Assembly: GCA_041665005.1 (NCBI GenBank)
Contig: JBAYJR010000008.1
Coordinates: forward strand, 1,423-65,422
Length of the DNA: 64,000 nucleotides
Origin: Candidatus Buchananbacteria bacterium
GTDB taxonomy: Bacteria; Patescibacteriota; Patescibacteriia; 2-01-FULL-39-33; JBAYJR01
Direction of reading: 5' to 3'
Shown: piece after piece, positions 51,819 to 61,943 of the stretch
Layout: each line of letters opens with the position of its first letter
How positions within the stretch are numbered: the first letter of the stretch is position 1
Position numbers and translations under genes: made by a program
Notes under the pieces: model-generated
Seen by the model: only the letters and a program-made list of their open reading frames with translations
What the model was told of the DNA's origin: nothing
Database searches by the model: none

Positions 51819-52823
51819 TTAATTTTTTTTTAACCACTGATAAGCCAAATACCAAAATCTGTTAACCACTGAATCATAACAACCAGGATAAGTGCTAAAT
51901 TTTTGACCGGGAGCAAAACCTTGTTTAAAACGGGTAATCCCCGCCCAAGATTTTTTAGTTTCCGAAACTCCCCAAAAATCATAAAATTTCTGGCCGGCTG
52001 CTTGCGCCTCTAAAATGGCTTGCCACTGCAATAAATAAGGTGCCATTAAATTTTTATCAGCATCCGCCGAAGCCCCATGCAAATAATAAGCCCAATTGCC
52101 ACTTTGCACGACTAAATTAACTGCAATAATTCTACCCTGAAAATCAGCTAAATACAACTTGACTTGGCCCCGTGAAGCAAACTGCTTAATCATGGCTTGA
52201 TAATATTTTTGCGAATGCGAAGAAATTTGTTGTCTAGTTGAAGTTTGTTTTATCAATTCCCAAAAGGCGGTAAAATCTAATTCCGTAATCTGGCTGGCTA
52301 CTCTAACTTGCACACCATGCTTTGACGCTACCGAAATATTGTAGCGCGTTTTACTTTTCATTTGCGCTAATAATTCGCTGGCCGGCTTAGTCAAATCTAA
52401 AATTAAAGTTTGTTTAGGTTGCACTTGACCGGAAGCGACTAGTTGTCGATCAACCGCGGGTAACTGATAAGTCGGTTCTAACCGAACAAAAACCGCTTGA
52501 TTATTTTTAGCTAGTTTTGTAACTTCAACCAAAAAAAAGTTTAGTACTGCAGTTTGTTGTGACTGGTTTAAATTATTTTTTAGTACTGGCCCGCGCGGAC
52601 AGTAAAGATAACTAAAACCCGCCGGCAAGCTTTCTTTAATTATTTGAGCCACTAATAAAATTGCTTCGCCGTCCATTACGGCCAGGCGCCAAACGGTTTG
52701 TTTTAGGGACTGTTTAAATTCACCCCATGGCCAAGCCTGCAACAAGCCACCATCTAAGGCTTGCTGACTAACAAACTTGTCCCAAAGATTGCCCTCTTGA
52801 TTAGTAAAATATTTGACTAACAT
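51819..52823 (-). CDS. FemAB/FemX-family peptidoglycan bridge aminoacyltransferase
   Basis: LQAWPWG.FK, PRGP, KTRYNI, YLLQW, YDFWG, FKQGF. Confidence 0.92.
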   Translation of the reverse strand: MLVKYFTNQEGNLWDKFVSQQALDGGLLQAWPWGEFKQSLKQTVWRLAVMDGEAILLVAQIIKESLPAGFSYLYCPRGPVLKNNLNQSQQTAVLNFFLVEVTKLAKNNQAVFVRLEPTYQLPAVDRQLVASGQVQPKQTLILDLTKPASELLAQMKSKTRYNISVASKHGVQVRVASQITELDFTAFWELIKQTSTRQQISSHSQKYYQAMIKQFASRGQVKLYLADFQGRIIAVNLVVQSGNWAYYLHGASADADKNLMAPYLLQWQAILEAQAAGQKFYDFWGVSETKKSWAGITRFKQGFAPGQKFSTYPGCYDSVVNRFWYLAYQWLKKN

Positions 52824-52894
52824 AGTTTCATTATAAAGAAATAAACTATAAAATAAAAGGCCATCAAGCTAGCGCCTAGTTTATTTTAAAAATT

Positions 52895-53085
52895 AAAAGA
52901 CCCGAGCAAAATAAATTTGCTCGGGGGGTTTTTGTAGGGGATGCATCTCATCCCCCAGTCGCGGCTATTTGGCCGCGAATTTCGCCTTCCTTAGAAGGCG
53001 ATAATTGCTGGATAACAATGTTGGAAATGTGGACTAGGCCGGCGACCTTTCCTTCATTGCATATCCTCCTTGTTTTTGAAGGTAT
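52895..53085 (-). ncRNA. Candidate structured small RNA with 7-codon ORF and terminator
   Basis: Four consecutive perfect hairpins, SD plus MKERSPA*, upstream TTGACT-17 nt-TAATCT. Confidence 0.5.
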
Positions 53086-53124
53086 TTAAAGATTACAGCA
53101 AAACTTTAAAATAGTCAATGGGGG

Positions 53125-53133
53125 TTATCCACA
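53125..53133 (+). promoter_or_regulatory. DnaA box
   Basis: Perfect TTATCCACA, intergenic. Confidence 0.5.
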
Positions 53134-53182
53134 GGATTGATAAATAAAGCAAGCAATTAAACAGGTGCAGAAATAACAACAA

Positions 53183-53214
53183 AAAATTCGCCCCGTAGCA
53201 ACGAGGCGAATTTT
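53183..53214 (-). terminator. Terminator after ORF 53229
   Basis: AAAATTCGCC...GGCGAATTTT. Confidence 0.7.
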
Positions 53215-53228
53215 AACAACTTATTAAA

Positions 53229-53783
53229 TTATATTTTTTTCTTTTCTAATTTTGATTTTGTGCAGACTTCCCCTTTCACATTTAAATAAGATTTTTTATT
53301 GCCAAAATTGGCAATTTCCACTTCTTGCGATATTTTCCCAGTATTGTCTACTTCCATATTTACTTCCTTACCCAAAGCCAGGGCTACCAACTTTAACTTA
53401 TCAAAATTACTCATACCCATAATACCATCTTCCCAATTTTTTAATTTGAAAACGACCTTACCTTCCTCTGCAGACAATAGTTCTCTTAAATTATCTTCTG
53501 AGGCTAATTCCAGCAACACCTCTTTAGTTATATCATCAATTTTAAAAACATCATACGTCTGTTTTGCTTTTAAAGCGCCTAAGGCTTTAGTAGCGCCATC
53601 TTCATTGCCGGCTAATTTTAGTAACCGATATCTTTCGTAATCTACTTTTAATCTTGGATCACTATTAATAATCTCCGCTACATCCTTTGAGCGGTCAATA
53701 TATTCTTGCTGTTCCTCTTTAGGTAAAGCCGAAAAGTTTTTTTGGGCCTCTTCGGTAGAAAAATCGCGTTCACCTTTCATCAT
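53229..53783 (-). CDS. Hypothetical charged protein
   Basis: 184-aa ORF with terminator. Confidence 0.7.
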   Translation of the reverse strand: MMKGERDFSTEEAQKNFSALPKEEQQEYIDRSKDVAEIINSDPRLKVDYERYRLLKLAGNEDGATKALGALKAKQTYDVFKIDDITKEVLLELASEDNLRELLSAEEGKVVFKLKNWEDGIMGMSNFDKLKLVALALGKEVNMEVDNTGKISQEVEIANFGNKKSYLNVKGEVCTKSKLEKKKI

Positions 53784-53860
53784 AATTTTAAAATTAAATT
53801 ATTTAAAAGTTTAGTTTATCAGTCTAAAATTAGTATAGCACAAATTAAACAAAAAGTCAA

Positions 53861-56800
53861 CTAAATTACGATATTTACTAATCTATTTTTGATATAAATA
53901 AACTTTTTGATTGGTTGATTATCTAACCATTTTTGTATTTTATCCGAGGCCAACACTTTAGCCTTAACCTCTTCCTCAGAACTTTCGGCTGGTAAGGTAA
54001 TTTTATCGCGCACCTTGCCGTTAATTTGTATTACTACTTCAATTTCAGTCTCTAAAATTAATTTTGGATCAAACTTGGGCCAGGGTTCTAGACTAATGGA
54101 TTTTTTATGACCAAGTTTTTCCCATAACTCTTCCGCTAAATGCGGGGCAAATGGCGATAGGATGATTAAAAACTTTTCCCAAACTTCTTGATCGAGGTCA
54201 TCTGCCTGATTTTGCAAAGCATTAACTAAAATCATCATTTGTGAAATGGCCGTATTAAATCTAAAATTTTCAATGTCTTCGCCAACCTTTTTAATAGTTT
54301 GATGTAAAATTTTTTCTAGATCTGGATTGCTCTCCTTACCAATCCTATCTGACAAATTATAAATTTTTTCCAAAAACCGGCGCACGCCAATAATACTTTT
54401 AGTATTCCAGGGTTTAGCATCTTCAAACGGCCCCATAAACATTTCATACAACCGAAAAGTGTCGGCGCCGTATTCTTTTAACACTTCATCAGGATTAACC
54501 ACGTTGCCCCGCGACTTAGACATCTTTTCATTGTTTTCTCCCAAAATCATGCCTTGATTTTTTAACTTCATAAACGGCTCGGGCGTAGAAACAAAACCCG
54601 CATCAAACAAAACCTTATGCCAAAAACGCGCATAAAGTAAGTGCAACACGGCATGTTCCGCCCCACCGACATAAACATCTACCGGATTCCAATAATTTAT
54701 TTTTGCTAAATCCCATTCGTATTTTTTACTTTGAACTTTGAACTTTAAACTTTGAACTATTGCGTATGCGAGGTAATACCAACACGAACCCGCCCACTGC
54801 GGCATTGTATTAGTTTCGCGTTTAGCCTTGCCGCCACAACGCGGACATTTAGTATTCACCCACTCCGGCACATTAACTAGCGGCGACTCCCCGGTACCCG
54901 AAGGTTCATATTTTTCCACTGCCGGCAACTTAATGGGTAATTCTTCTTCCGGAACTGGTACCCAACCCAAATTTAAGGCTGACACAGAGGGAAATTCTTC
55001 TAAAATTTCTGGCAACTCTGTCGTTCCCCAACGCGAACTAAAATGTTTTTTGTCTTTAAAAACTACTACTTTGCCGTGTAATTCTAAAAAATCCTGTTGC
55101 ATCGTCACTGGTATATAAGGATCATCTTGAGAAAAATATAAGGTTGTTTTGGCCACCAAGTTATTTAATTGCGCGAAATCAACCTTAGCCCCGCCAAAAA
55201 GCTTAATGGTATTAATTTCATTATCCGTAAAATCATATTGCTTCACGTGTTGCCAATCGGAACTGTGGCCAACTGGTGCCACTAAAATTAATTTTTTAAC
55301 TGGTAATTTATTCTTTAAAATAAATTGCATGGCGGCCGGAGCGCCCAAAGAATGACCCACCACGAATAATTCATCGTCAGTAGTCAAACCTAATTTGCTC
55401 AACGGCTTTAGCCAATCATTTAATGCTAATTTTTCAGCTTTAGGTAAATCAGGAATAAGCACCTCGTATCCCCGATTTTCCATTTCTCGTTTAAAATAGG
55501 GAAACCAATTTTCTTGGGTATTGCCACCAAGGCCATGAATTAATAAAATTTTTGGCTTGCGCTTAGCACAAGTCTCGCAATAAACTAACGGAATCGGTTC
55601 GCCCCAATAACGTTGCCGCGAAAAAATCCAATCGCGGAGTTTATAGTTCACTTGTCGCTTGCCAATTAATTCTTGTTCCAACCAATCCGCCATTTTTTCG
55701 CGTGCCTCGGCCGAAGTCAAGCCAGTAAATTTTTCAGAATTAGTCAACACGCCGTCTTCCGTATAAGCTTCTTTAATATTATTAGTCATCTCTTCTAAAA
55801 ATATTGCTCTTTTTAAATCATTTTTACCTTGACGGCGTTCTTTAACTGCCGTTATCCGATAACAATCAGCTAACCATTGTGCCTGAGGCACCGGATATTT
55901 TATATTATTTATTTCTACCACTTGATCGCCTAGGTCATGATCAAAGGTACCTATTTCTAAAATAATTTTGCCTTTTTGATAAATAGAAACCTTAAACTTC
56001 TCATTTTCTTTATCTTCAATCTTTTGATAGCCATTATTTTCCACTACTTCTTTAGCGGCCAAAAAATCTTTAACCAAAACCCCACAATCAACATCAGCTG
56101 GTAAATCAAAAAACTTACCATAATAGCCAGCCACCCCAAAAGTACCGTTAAACCAAACTTTAATGTTTTTTGCCTGCAATAATTGGTTGACTTCTTGAAC
56201 CACCTCTAACATTTCGGATATTTGTTGACTTTGATTCACCTCACCCAAAACTGGCACGATAGTTGGCGTAATTCCAATCTTATGTTTTTTTGCAAATTCA
56301 AAATCCCGTTCATCATGCGCTGGCACGGCCATCACGGCGCCGGTGCCATAATGCCCTAGTACAAAATCACCAACGTAAATGGGAATTTCTTGTTTAGTAA
56401 ACGGATTAATCGCTTTAACGCCTTGTAATTCTACACCGGTTTTTTCTTTATTTAATTCGGTGCGCTCTAAATCCGACTTACTTTGCGAATCCTGAATATA
56501 TTTTTGTACCTCTTCAATATTTTTGATTTTTAAATTTTGCTCTTTGATTTCGAGGAGCGAAGCGACGAGCGGATGTTCCGGCGCGATGACACAAAAAGTC
56601 ATCCCAAATACCGTATCAATTCTGGTGGTATAAACGGATAATTTTTGATTAGTAATAGTTAGTGGTAAATCAAACTGTACGCCTTCCGAACGACCAATCC
56701 AATTGCGTTGTAAAATTTTAATTGACTCTGGCCAATCTAATAACGCCAAATCTTTTTCTAACCTGTCAGCATAATCCGTAATTTTTAAAATCCATTGCCG

Positions 56801-57379
56801 AATTGATTTTTTAACCACCGCCGTGCCACACCGATCACACTTGCCATCCTTGACCTCTTCATTGGCTAAACCCGTTTTGCATGATGGGCAAAAATTAATC
56901 GGCGCCTGACTTTCGTAAGCTAAACCACGGTTAAACAATTGTAAAAAAATCCATTGGGTCCATTTATAATACGCCGGGTCCGTAGTATTCACTTCGCGCG
57001 ACCAATCATAAGAAAAACCCAAGGCTTTAATTTGGCGCCGAATGTTATCAATATTTTTTTGCGTAGTCACCGCCGGATGCGTGCCAGTTTTAATGGCATA
57101 ATTTTCGGCTGGCAAACCAAAGGCATCCCAACCCATGGGGTGCAGTACTAATTTGCCTTGGGCACGTTGGTAACGAGAGTAAATATCCGTAGCGGTATAA
57201 CCTTCAGGATGCCCCACATGCAAACCTTCACCCGACGGATAAGGAAACATATCCAACACATAGACGCGCTGATCTTTGGGAATTTTTTTATCTTCTTTGA
57301 CCGCAAACAATTTTTCTTGCTCCCAAATTTTCTGCCACTTAGCCTCAATTTCTTGATGATTATATTTTTGTTCCGCCAT
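53861..57379 (-). CDS. leuS: Leucine--tRNA ligase with inserted nucleotidyltransferase-like and alpha/beta-hydrolase domains
   Basis: MFPYPSG.GLHVGH, YTTRIDT, GTGAVMAVPAHD, SRQRYWG, KMSKS; 1172 aa. Confidence 0.95.
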   Translation of the reverse strand: MAEQKYNHQEIEAKWQKIWEQEKLFAVKEDKKIPKDQRVYVLDMFPYPSGEGLHVGHPEGYTATDIYSRYQRAQGKLVLHPMGWDAFGLPAENYAIKTGTHPAVTTQKNIDNIRRQIKALGFSYDWSREVNTTDPAYYKWTQWIFLQLFNRGLAYESQAPINFCPSCKTGLANEEVKDGKCDRCGTAVVKKSIRQWILKITDYADRLEKDLALLDWPESIKILQRNWIGRSEGVQFDLPLTITNQKLSVYTTRIDTVFGMTFCVIAPEHPLVASLLEIKEQNLKIKNIEEVQKYIQDSQSKSDLERTELNKEKTGVELQGVKAINPFTKQEIPIYVGDFVLGHYGTGAVMAVPAHDERDFEFAKKHKIGITPTIVPVLGEVNQSQQISEMLEVVQEVNQLLQAKNIKVWFNGTFGVAGYYGKFFDLPADVDCGVLVKDFLAAKEVVENNGYQKIEDKENEKFKVSIYQKGKIILEIGTFDHDLGDQVVEINNIKYPVPQAQWLADCYRITAVKERRQGKNDLKRAIFLEEMTNNIKEAYTEDGVLTNSEKFTGLTSAEAREKMADWLEQELIGKRQVNYKLRDWIFSRQRYWGEPIPLVYCETCAKRKPKILLIHGLGGNTQENWFPYFKREMENRGYEVLIPDLPKAEKLALNDWLKPLSKLGLTTDDELFVVGHSLGAPAAMQFILKNKLPVKKLILVAPVGHSSDWQHVKQYDFTDNEINTIKLFGGAKVDFAQLNNLVAKTTLYFSQDDPYIPVTMQQDFLELHGKVVVFKDKKHFSSRWGTTELPEILEEFPSVSALNLGWVPVPEEELPIKLPAVEKYEPSGTGESPLVNVPEWVNTKCPRCGGKAKRETNTMPQWAGSCWYYLAYAIVQSLKFKVQSKKYEWDLAKINYWNPVDVYVGGAEHAVLHLLYARFWHKVLFDAGFVSTPEPFMKLKNQGMILGENNEKMSKSRGNVVNPDEVLKEYGADTFRLYEMFMGPFEDAKPWNTKSIIGVRRFLEKIYNLSDRIGKESNPDLEKILHQTIKKVGEDIENFRFNTAISQMMILVNALQNQADDLDQEVWEKFLIILSPFAPHLAEELWEKLGHKKSISLEPWPKFDPKLILETEIEVVIQINGKVRDKITLPAESSEEEVKAKVLASDKIQKWLDNQPIKKFIYIKNRLVNIVI
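54728..54758. repeat. Heptamer tandem repeat inside leuS
   Basis: ACTTTGA ACTTTGA ACTTTAA ACTTTGA ACT, encoding VQSLKFKVQS. Confidence 0.75.
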
Positions 57380-57508
57380 ACTTTATAACTTTATACTTTT
57401 TTACTTTAAACTATATAAACTAACTGACTTTGCCTTTACTTTATCATATTTCCCCCAAGAAAAAAAGGCCTTACCTTAAGACCTTTAAAAAACCCGCGAC
57501 ACTAAAAT

Positions 57509-60331
57509 TTATAAAACCTTTTTAAGATACTGAGCGGTATAGCTTTTTTTAGACTTAACTACTTGTTCCGGCGTGCCTTCGGCCACTACATAACCACCAC
57601 GTTCGCCGCCTTCCGGGCCCAAATCAATTACCCAATCACAAGATTTAATAACATCCAATTGATGCTCAATAATTAAAATTGAATTGCCTTTATCTACTAA
57701 GCGACTTAAGACCTGTAATAAACGTTTAATATCTTCAAAATGTAAACCCGTAGTGGGCTCATCCAAAATATATAAAGTGCGACCAGTAGCGCGACGTGCT
57801 AATTCCGTTGCTAATTTGACCCGCTGGGCCTCCCCACCCGAAAGCGTGGTGGCCGCTTGACCTAATTGTAGATAACCCAAACCAACTTCGGCTAAAATAT
57901 TTAATTTATCAACAATTTGTGATTGGTCTTTAAAAAAATCTTTGGCTTCGGTCACGGACATTTCTAAAACATCGGCAATATTTTTACCTTGATAATGAAT
58001 TTCTAAAGCTTGCTGATTGTACCTACGACCGTGGCATTCTTCGCAGGCGACATAAACGTCTGGCAAAAATTGCATCCCAATTCGGACCTGGCCTTCACCG
58101 GCACAAGCCTCGCAACGACCACCACCTTTAACATTAAAACTAAAATGACCTTGCGAAAAACCTCGCACTTTAGCCTCGGGCAAAGTGGTAAACAAATCAC
58201 GGATATGCGTAAAGACGCCGGTATAAGTGGCCGGATTAGACCTGGGCGTACGGCCAATCGGCGATTGATCAATAATAATTACTTTGTCTAAATTTTCTAA
58301 ACCTTTAATTTCTTGATGTTGCCCCGGCAAATCTTTAGCCCGATAAAATTTTTGCGCTAAAGCTTTGGCTAAAATTTCAATAATTAAGGTGGACTTACCA
58401 GAACCCGAAACACCGGTTACCCCCACCAACATCCCTAAAGGAATCTTAACATCAACATTTTTTAAATTAAATTCTTTGGCTCCTTTGATAAAAATTGCTT
58501 TGCCATTACCCTTATGGCGCTTAGCTGGCGAATCAATTTTTTTCGCGCCGGACAAATATTGGCCGGTTGAAGATTTTTTATTCTTTTTTACCTGGGCCGG
58601 CGTACCTTGGGCAATAATTTCTCCCCCAAACCGTCCGGCGCCGGGGCCAATATCAATTAGATAATCAGCCGCTTCCATCATGGCCTCGTCATGTTCAACC
58701 ACAATTACCGAATTACCTAAGTCTTTTAATTTTTTTAAAGTATCAATTAATTTATCATTGTCTCGTGAATGTAGACCAATTGACGGTTCATCTAAAATAT
58801 AAACCACTCCTTCTAAGCCCGAACCAATTTGGGTGGCCAGCCTGACTCGTTGTGCTTCCCCGCCCGATAAAGTGCCAGCCGTCCGATCTAAGGTTAAATA
58901 ATACAAGCCTACCCGATCCAAATAATTTAAACGTTTGATAATTTCTTTAAGTAGTTGTCGGGTAATTTTTTCGGTCGCGCCACCCGCCTTTTCCATTTGC
59001 TTAGTTAATTTGGTAAAAAATTCCAAACTCGCTTGTACAGATTGCGCTGTGAGCACCGCAATATTTAAATTTTCAACCGTTACCGCCAAGGCTAGTTTGC
59101 TTAAACGTTTGCCACCGCAACTTGGACAAGTAAAGGTGCGCATGCAAGCCTCAATTTCTTTTTGTAAATATTCGGATTTAGTTTCGGCATATTTGGTGGT
59201 GAGATTTTTAATTACGCCTTCAAAAATTAAATTTTCTCCATCTATTAAATACTTTTTATCACCTGTTCCTTGTAAAATAATCTCTAAAGACTTTTTGCCT
59301 AATTCTGTCACCGGCACTTCTAAAGAAAAATTATTTTCTTTGGCGACGGCGATTAATAATTTCCATAAGCTGGTTTGCGAAGAAAAATTTCGTGCCCAGG
59401 GCTTAATCGCACCTTCGGCTAAAGTTAAACGTTTGTTAGGGATAACTAAATCTGAATCTACTTCTAATTTAGTGCCCAAACCACTACAAACTGCACAAGC
59501 CCCCGAGGGTGAATTAAAAGAAAAAGTCCGTGGCTCAATTTCTGGTAAATCTAAATGACAGTTATCGCAATGTAAATATTGATTAAAATTATATTCCTGA
59601 TTTGGTTCAACCAATACCTTAACAAAGCCTTTGGTAAAATCCAAAGCCACATTAATTAAATTTTTTAACATTGGATCTTGCCCGGAATTTTTAGTCAAAA
59701 CATAACTTCCCAACACTACTTCCAAATTATGACTTTTTTGTTTATCAATTACATTTTCCGCAAGCTCCTCCGCTTGATAAAAAATGCCATCCAAACGTAA
59801 TTGTTGATAGCCCACCTTGGCTAGTTGTTTTATTTCGGTCAAATGTTCCCCTTTCTGATTGCGCACAATGGGCGCTAAAATTTTTAGACTACTACCTAAA
59901 GGCAGGTCGGCAATCCGCATTAAAATTTGCTCCGCGGTTTGTCGTTCTAATTTTTGGTTACACTCTGGACAATGCGCCGTGCCGATCTTGGCATAAAGCA
60001 GTCGCAAATAATCATAAATTTCGGTAATCGTGCCAACTGTTGAGCGTGGATTATGAGAAACTGAGCGTTGATCAATAGCAATGGTTGGCGACAAACCTTC
60101 AATCTGATCAACGTCTGGCTTATCTAATAAATCTAAAAACTGTCTGGCATAAGCTGACAGACTTTCGGCATAACGCCGCTGACCTTCGGCATAAATAGTA
60201 TCAAACGCTAAAGACGATTTACCGGAACCAGAAATCCCGGTAATTACCACCAGTTTATTTTTAGGAATTTCCAAACTAATATTTTTTAAATTGTGTACTC
60301 TGGCACCGTGTATTTTTATACTATCTGGCAT
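57509..60331 (-). CDS. uvrA: Excinuclease ABC subunit A
   Basis: Two ABC modules GISGSGKS / [16 protein letters not shown] twice, Zn fingers. Confidence 0.97.
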   Translation of the reverse strand: MPDSIKIHGARVHNLKNISLEIPKNKLVVITGISGSGKSSLAFDTIYAEGQRRYAESLSAYARQFLDLLDKPDVDQIEGLSPTIAIDQRSVSHNPRSTVGTITEIYDYLRLLYAKIGTAHCPECNQKLERQTAEQILMRIADLPLGSSLKILAPIVRNQKGEHLTEIKQLAKVGYQQLRLDGIFYQAEELAENVIDKQKSHNLEVVLGSYVLTKNSGQDPMLKNLINVALDFTKGFVKVLVEPNQEYNFNQYLHCDNCHLDLPEIEPRTFSFNSPSGACAVCSGLGTKLEVDSDLVIPNKRLTLAEGAIKPWARNFSSQTSLWKLLIAVAKENNFSLEVPVTELGKKSLEIILQGTGDKKYLIDGENLIFEGVIKNLTTKYAETKSEYLQKEIEACMRTFTCPSCGGKRLSKLALAVTVENLNIAVLTAQSVQASLEFFTKLTKQMEKAGGATEKITRQLLKEIIKRLNYLDRVGLYYLTLDRTAGTLSGGEAQRVRLATQIGSGLEGVVYILDEPSIGLHSRDNDKLIDTLKKLKDLGNSVIVVEHDEAMMEAADYLIDIGPGAGRFGGEIIAQGTPAQVKKNKKSSTGQYLSGAKKIDSPAKRHKGNGKAIFIKGAKEFNLKNVDVKIPLGMLVGVTGVSGSGKSTLIIEILAKALAQKFYRAKDLPGQHQEIKGLENLDKVIIIDQSPIGRTPRSNPATYTGVFTHIRDLFTTLPEAKVRGFSQGHFSFNVKGGGRCEACAGEGQVRIGMQFLPDVYVACEECHGRRYNQQALEIHYQGKNIADVLEMSVTEAKDFFKDQSQIVDKLNILAEVGLGYLQLGQAATTLSGGEAQRVKLATELARRATGRTLYILDEPTTGLHFEDIKRLLQVLSRLVDKGNSILIIEHQLDVIKSCDWVIDLGPEGGERGGYVVAEGTPEQVVKSKKSYTAQYLKKVL

Positions 60332-60374
60332 AAATTAAAAATTGAATTCAAATTTTTTTTATTAAACCTTCAAG

Positions 60375-60383
60375 TTATCCACA
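60375..60383 (+). promoter_or_regulatory. DnaA box upstream of uvrA
   Basis: Perfect TTATCCACA about 44 nt upstream of the start codon. Confidence 0.5.
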
Positions 60384-60496
60384 GGGGTTAAACAATAATC
60401 TTTTCCAGTATACTACAACTTTGCTTAGGGGTCAAGCGCGAAGCGTGCTCTCCTAAAAACAAAAAGGGGTGGTTTTTTTATTAAAATCACCCCAAT

Positions 60497-61165
60497 TCAC
60501 GAAATAATGCCGGCGGGTGTTTTGGCAAATTCCCGCCATAAAATTTCGGCCTTATACGGATAGACCCATCCAACCCCGCTGATCAACGGCTGATAAAATT
60601 TTTGCGATTCCAAAATTTTACGCTGACGCTTGGGTTCTGGCAAAAAACACACGGTCCGCATGTTATCCAAATTATCTACCAATTTAGTAAGATGGACATA
60701 CAAACCGCCTTGAATAATTTGTTGATGATAGGCTTCCTGTCGCTTAAAGTCGCAGGGTTGACCAAATTCATCAATAAACCTTGGGTCCCCTGGTCGCGGC
60801 TTAGAAACCACCATCACAATAGTCGAAACTCTTAACCCCAAATTATCCGTAATTTCCTGATAACTGGAGGACTGACCGGTTTTCTCGCTTACCCTTTTTT
60901 CGTCCTCAGTCTCAATTACATCATGCAATAGATAGGCCTGCAATAAAAAAGCTTTTCTAAGATTCAATTCATAATGCAAGGTCTTGAGGCCACGTAATAA
61001 GTGACAGCAATAATCTTCACCAGACAACCGATACTGGCCTTCATGAGCTGCTAAGGCTTTCTGCCAAGCCCACTCTAAACCGATAATCTCTGACCGACGA
61101 TAACAACCACTGACCCGGCTAACTAACAACTGAAATTCTGACAACACCAACGGGTTGATTGCCAT
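60497..61165 (-). CDS. Stand-alone RelA/SpoT-type HD hydrolase (small alarmone hydrolase-like)
   Basis: AHEGQYRLSGEDY..H, LLHDVIE, KLVDNLDNMRT; SD AAGGAGG. Confidence 0.8.
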   Translation of the reverse strand: MAINPLVLSEFQLLVSRVSGCYRRSEIIGLEWAWQKALAAHEGQYRLSGEDYCCHLLRGLKTLHYELNLRKAFLLQAYLLHDVIETEDEKRVSEKTGQSSSYQEITDNLGLRVSTIVMVVSKPRPGDPRFIDEFGQPCDFKRQEAYHQQIIQGGLYVHLTKLVDNLDNMRTVCFLPEPKRQRKILESQKFYQPLISGVGWVYPYKAEILWREFAKTPAGIIS

Positions 61166-61197
61166 GTTTTATCCCTCCTTTTGGTTAAATTCCTAAC

Positions 61198-61226
61198 ATC
61201 ATAACAGCAAAAATTTTTGCTGTCAA
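61198..61226 (-). promoter_or_regulatory. Promoter with perfect 20-bp palindrome in its spacer
   Basis: TTGACA-17 nt-TATGAT; ACAGCAAAAATTTTTGCTGT at 61204-61223. Confidence 0.65.
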
Positions 61227-61279
61227 TTAACCAAAAAACACTGCCGATTTGCTGGCCAGTGTTTTAATTATTAACTATT

Positions 61280-61903
61280 TTATTTTCTTTTTACCGCTTT
61301 TTTAATCAGTTTAATAAGCTCGGGAAATTTGGCTATTTTAAAATGTCCGTTTTTGCTTTCGTAAAAAATAAACTTAGCCTGGCTTAGCTTATTTTGATAT
61401 TTTTTAGCCTGTACCATTGGCACTACCGGATCATCTTTAGAAAATAACAAATAAAGATTTTTAGAACTTTTTTCCAACCTTGATAAATCTGCTGATAATT
61501 TAAACCCCCCCACCAAATCGTCACTTGGCAAGGTGTTATCAAATGGCGGACAAATTAAATAGGTGGCTAAAATTTTTTTGGGAAATTTATTTTCAGACAA
61601 ATACTTAGCCAAAAAAATTCCCCCCAACGACCCCCCAATTAAAACTAAGTTATTTCGCAACAAAGGAAAATATCGTTCAAAATAAATTTTCCACTCAACA
61701 TACTTTGCATCATCAGCTTTGGGCATTCGGGGCTGAATGACTTCAAAATTTTGACCCAGTTTTTTCTTTAAATAATCATCGGACCAACGCACTTTTTCCT
61801 CAATAGATATCTTTCGGTTTTTTAAAAAACTTAAATAATCACGTTTATTTTTAAAGGTGGTACCGCCAGAGATATAAACTACCTGGGTTTTGGTTTTTGG
61901 CAT
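61280..61903 (-). CDS. RBBP9/YdeN-like alpha/beta hydrolase
   Basis: GGSLGG nucleophile elbow, SKDDPVV, GHF. Confidence 0.85.
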   Translation of the reverse strand: MPKTKTQVVYISGGTTFKNKRDYLSFLKNRKISIEEKVRWSDDYLKKKLGQNFEVIQPRMPKADDAKYVEWKIYFERYFPLLRNNLVLIGGSLGGIFLAKYLSENKFPKKILATYLICPPFDNTLPSDDLVGGFKLSADLSRLEKSSKNLYLLFSKDDPVVPMVQAKKYQNKLSQAKFIFYESKNGHFKIAKFPELIKLIKKAVKRK

Positions 61904-61943
61904 ACTTCACTACATTACTTAATTACTTTTTGCTGAATTTTTA

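Noticed and set aside
52895-53085. tmRNA, SRP RNA or selenopeptide
   Set aside because: No T-arm, CCA end or SRP helix-8 motif; the ATG-CAA-TGA frame is only 2 nt from the SD, and no Sec machinery is seen in the window.
53125-60383. oriC from DnaA boxes
   Set aside because: Only two isolated perfect boxes 7 kb apart; no cluster and no dnaA/dnaN.
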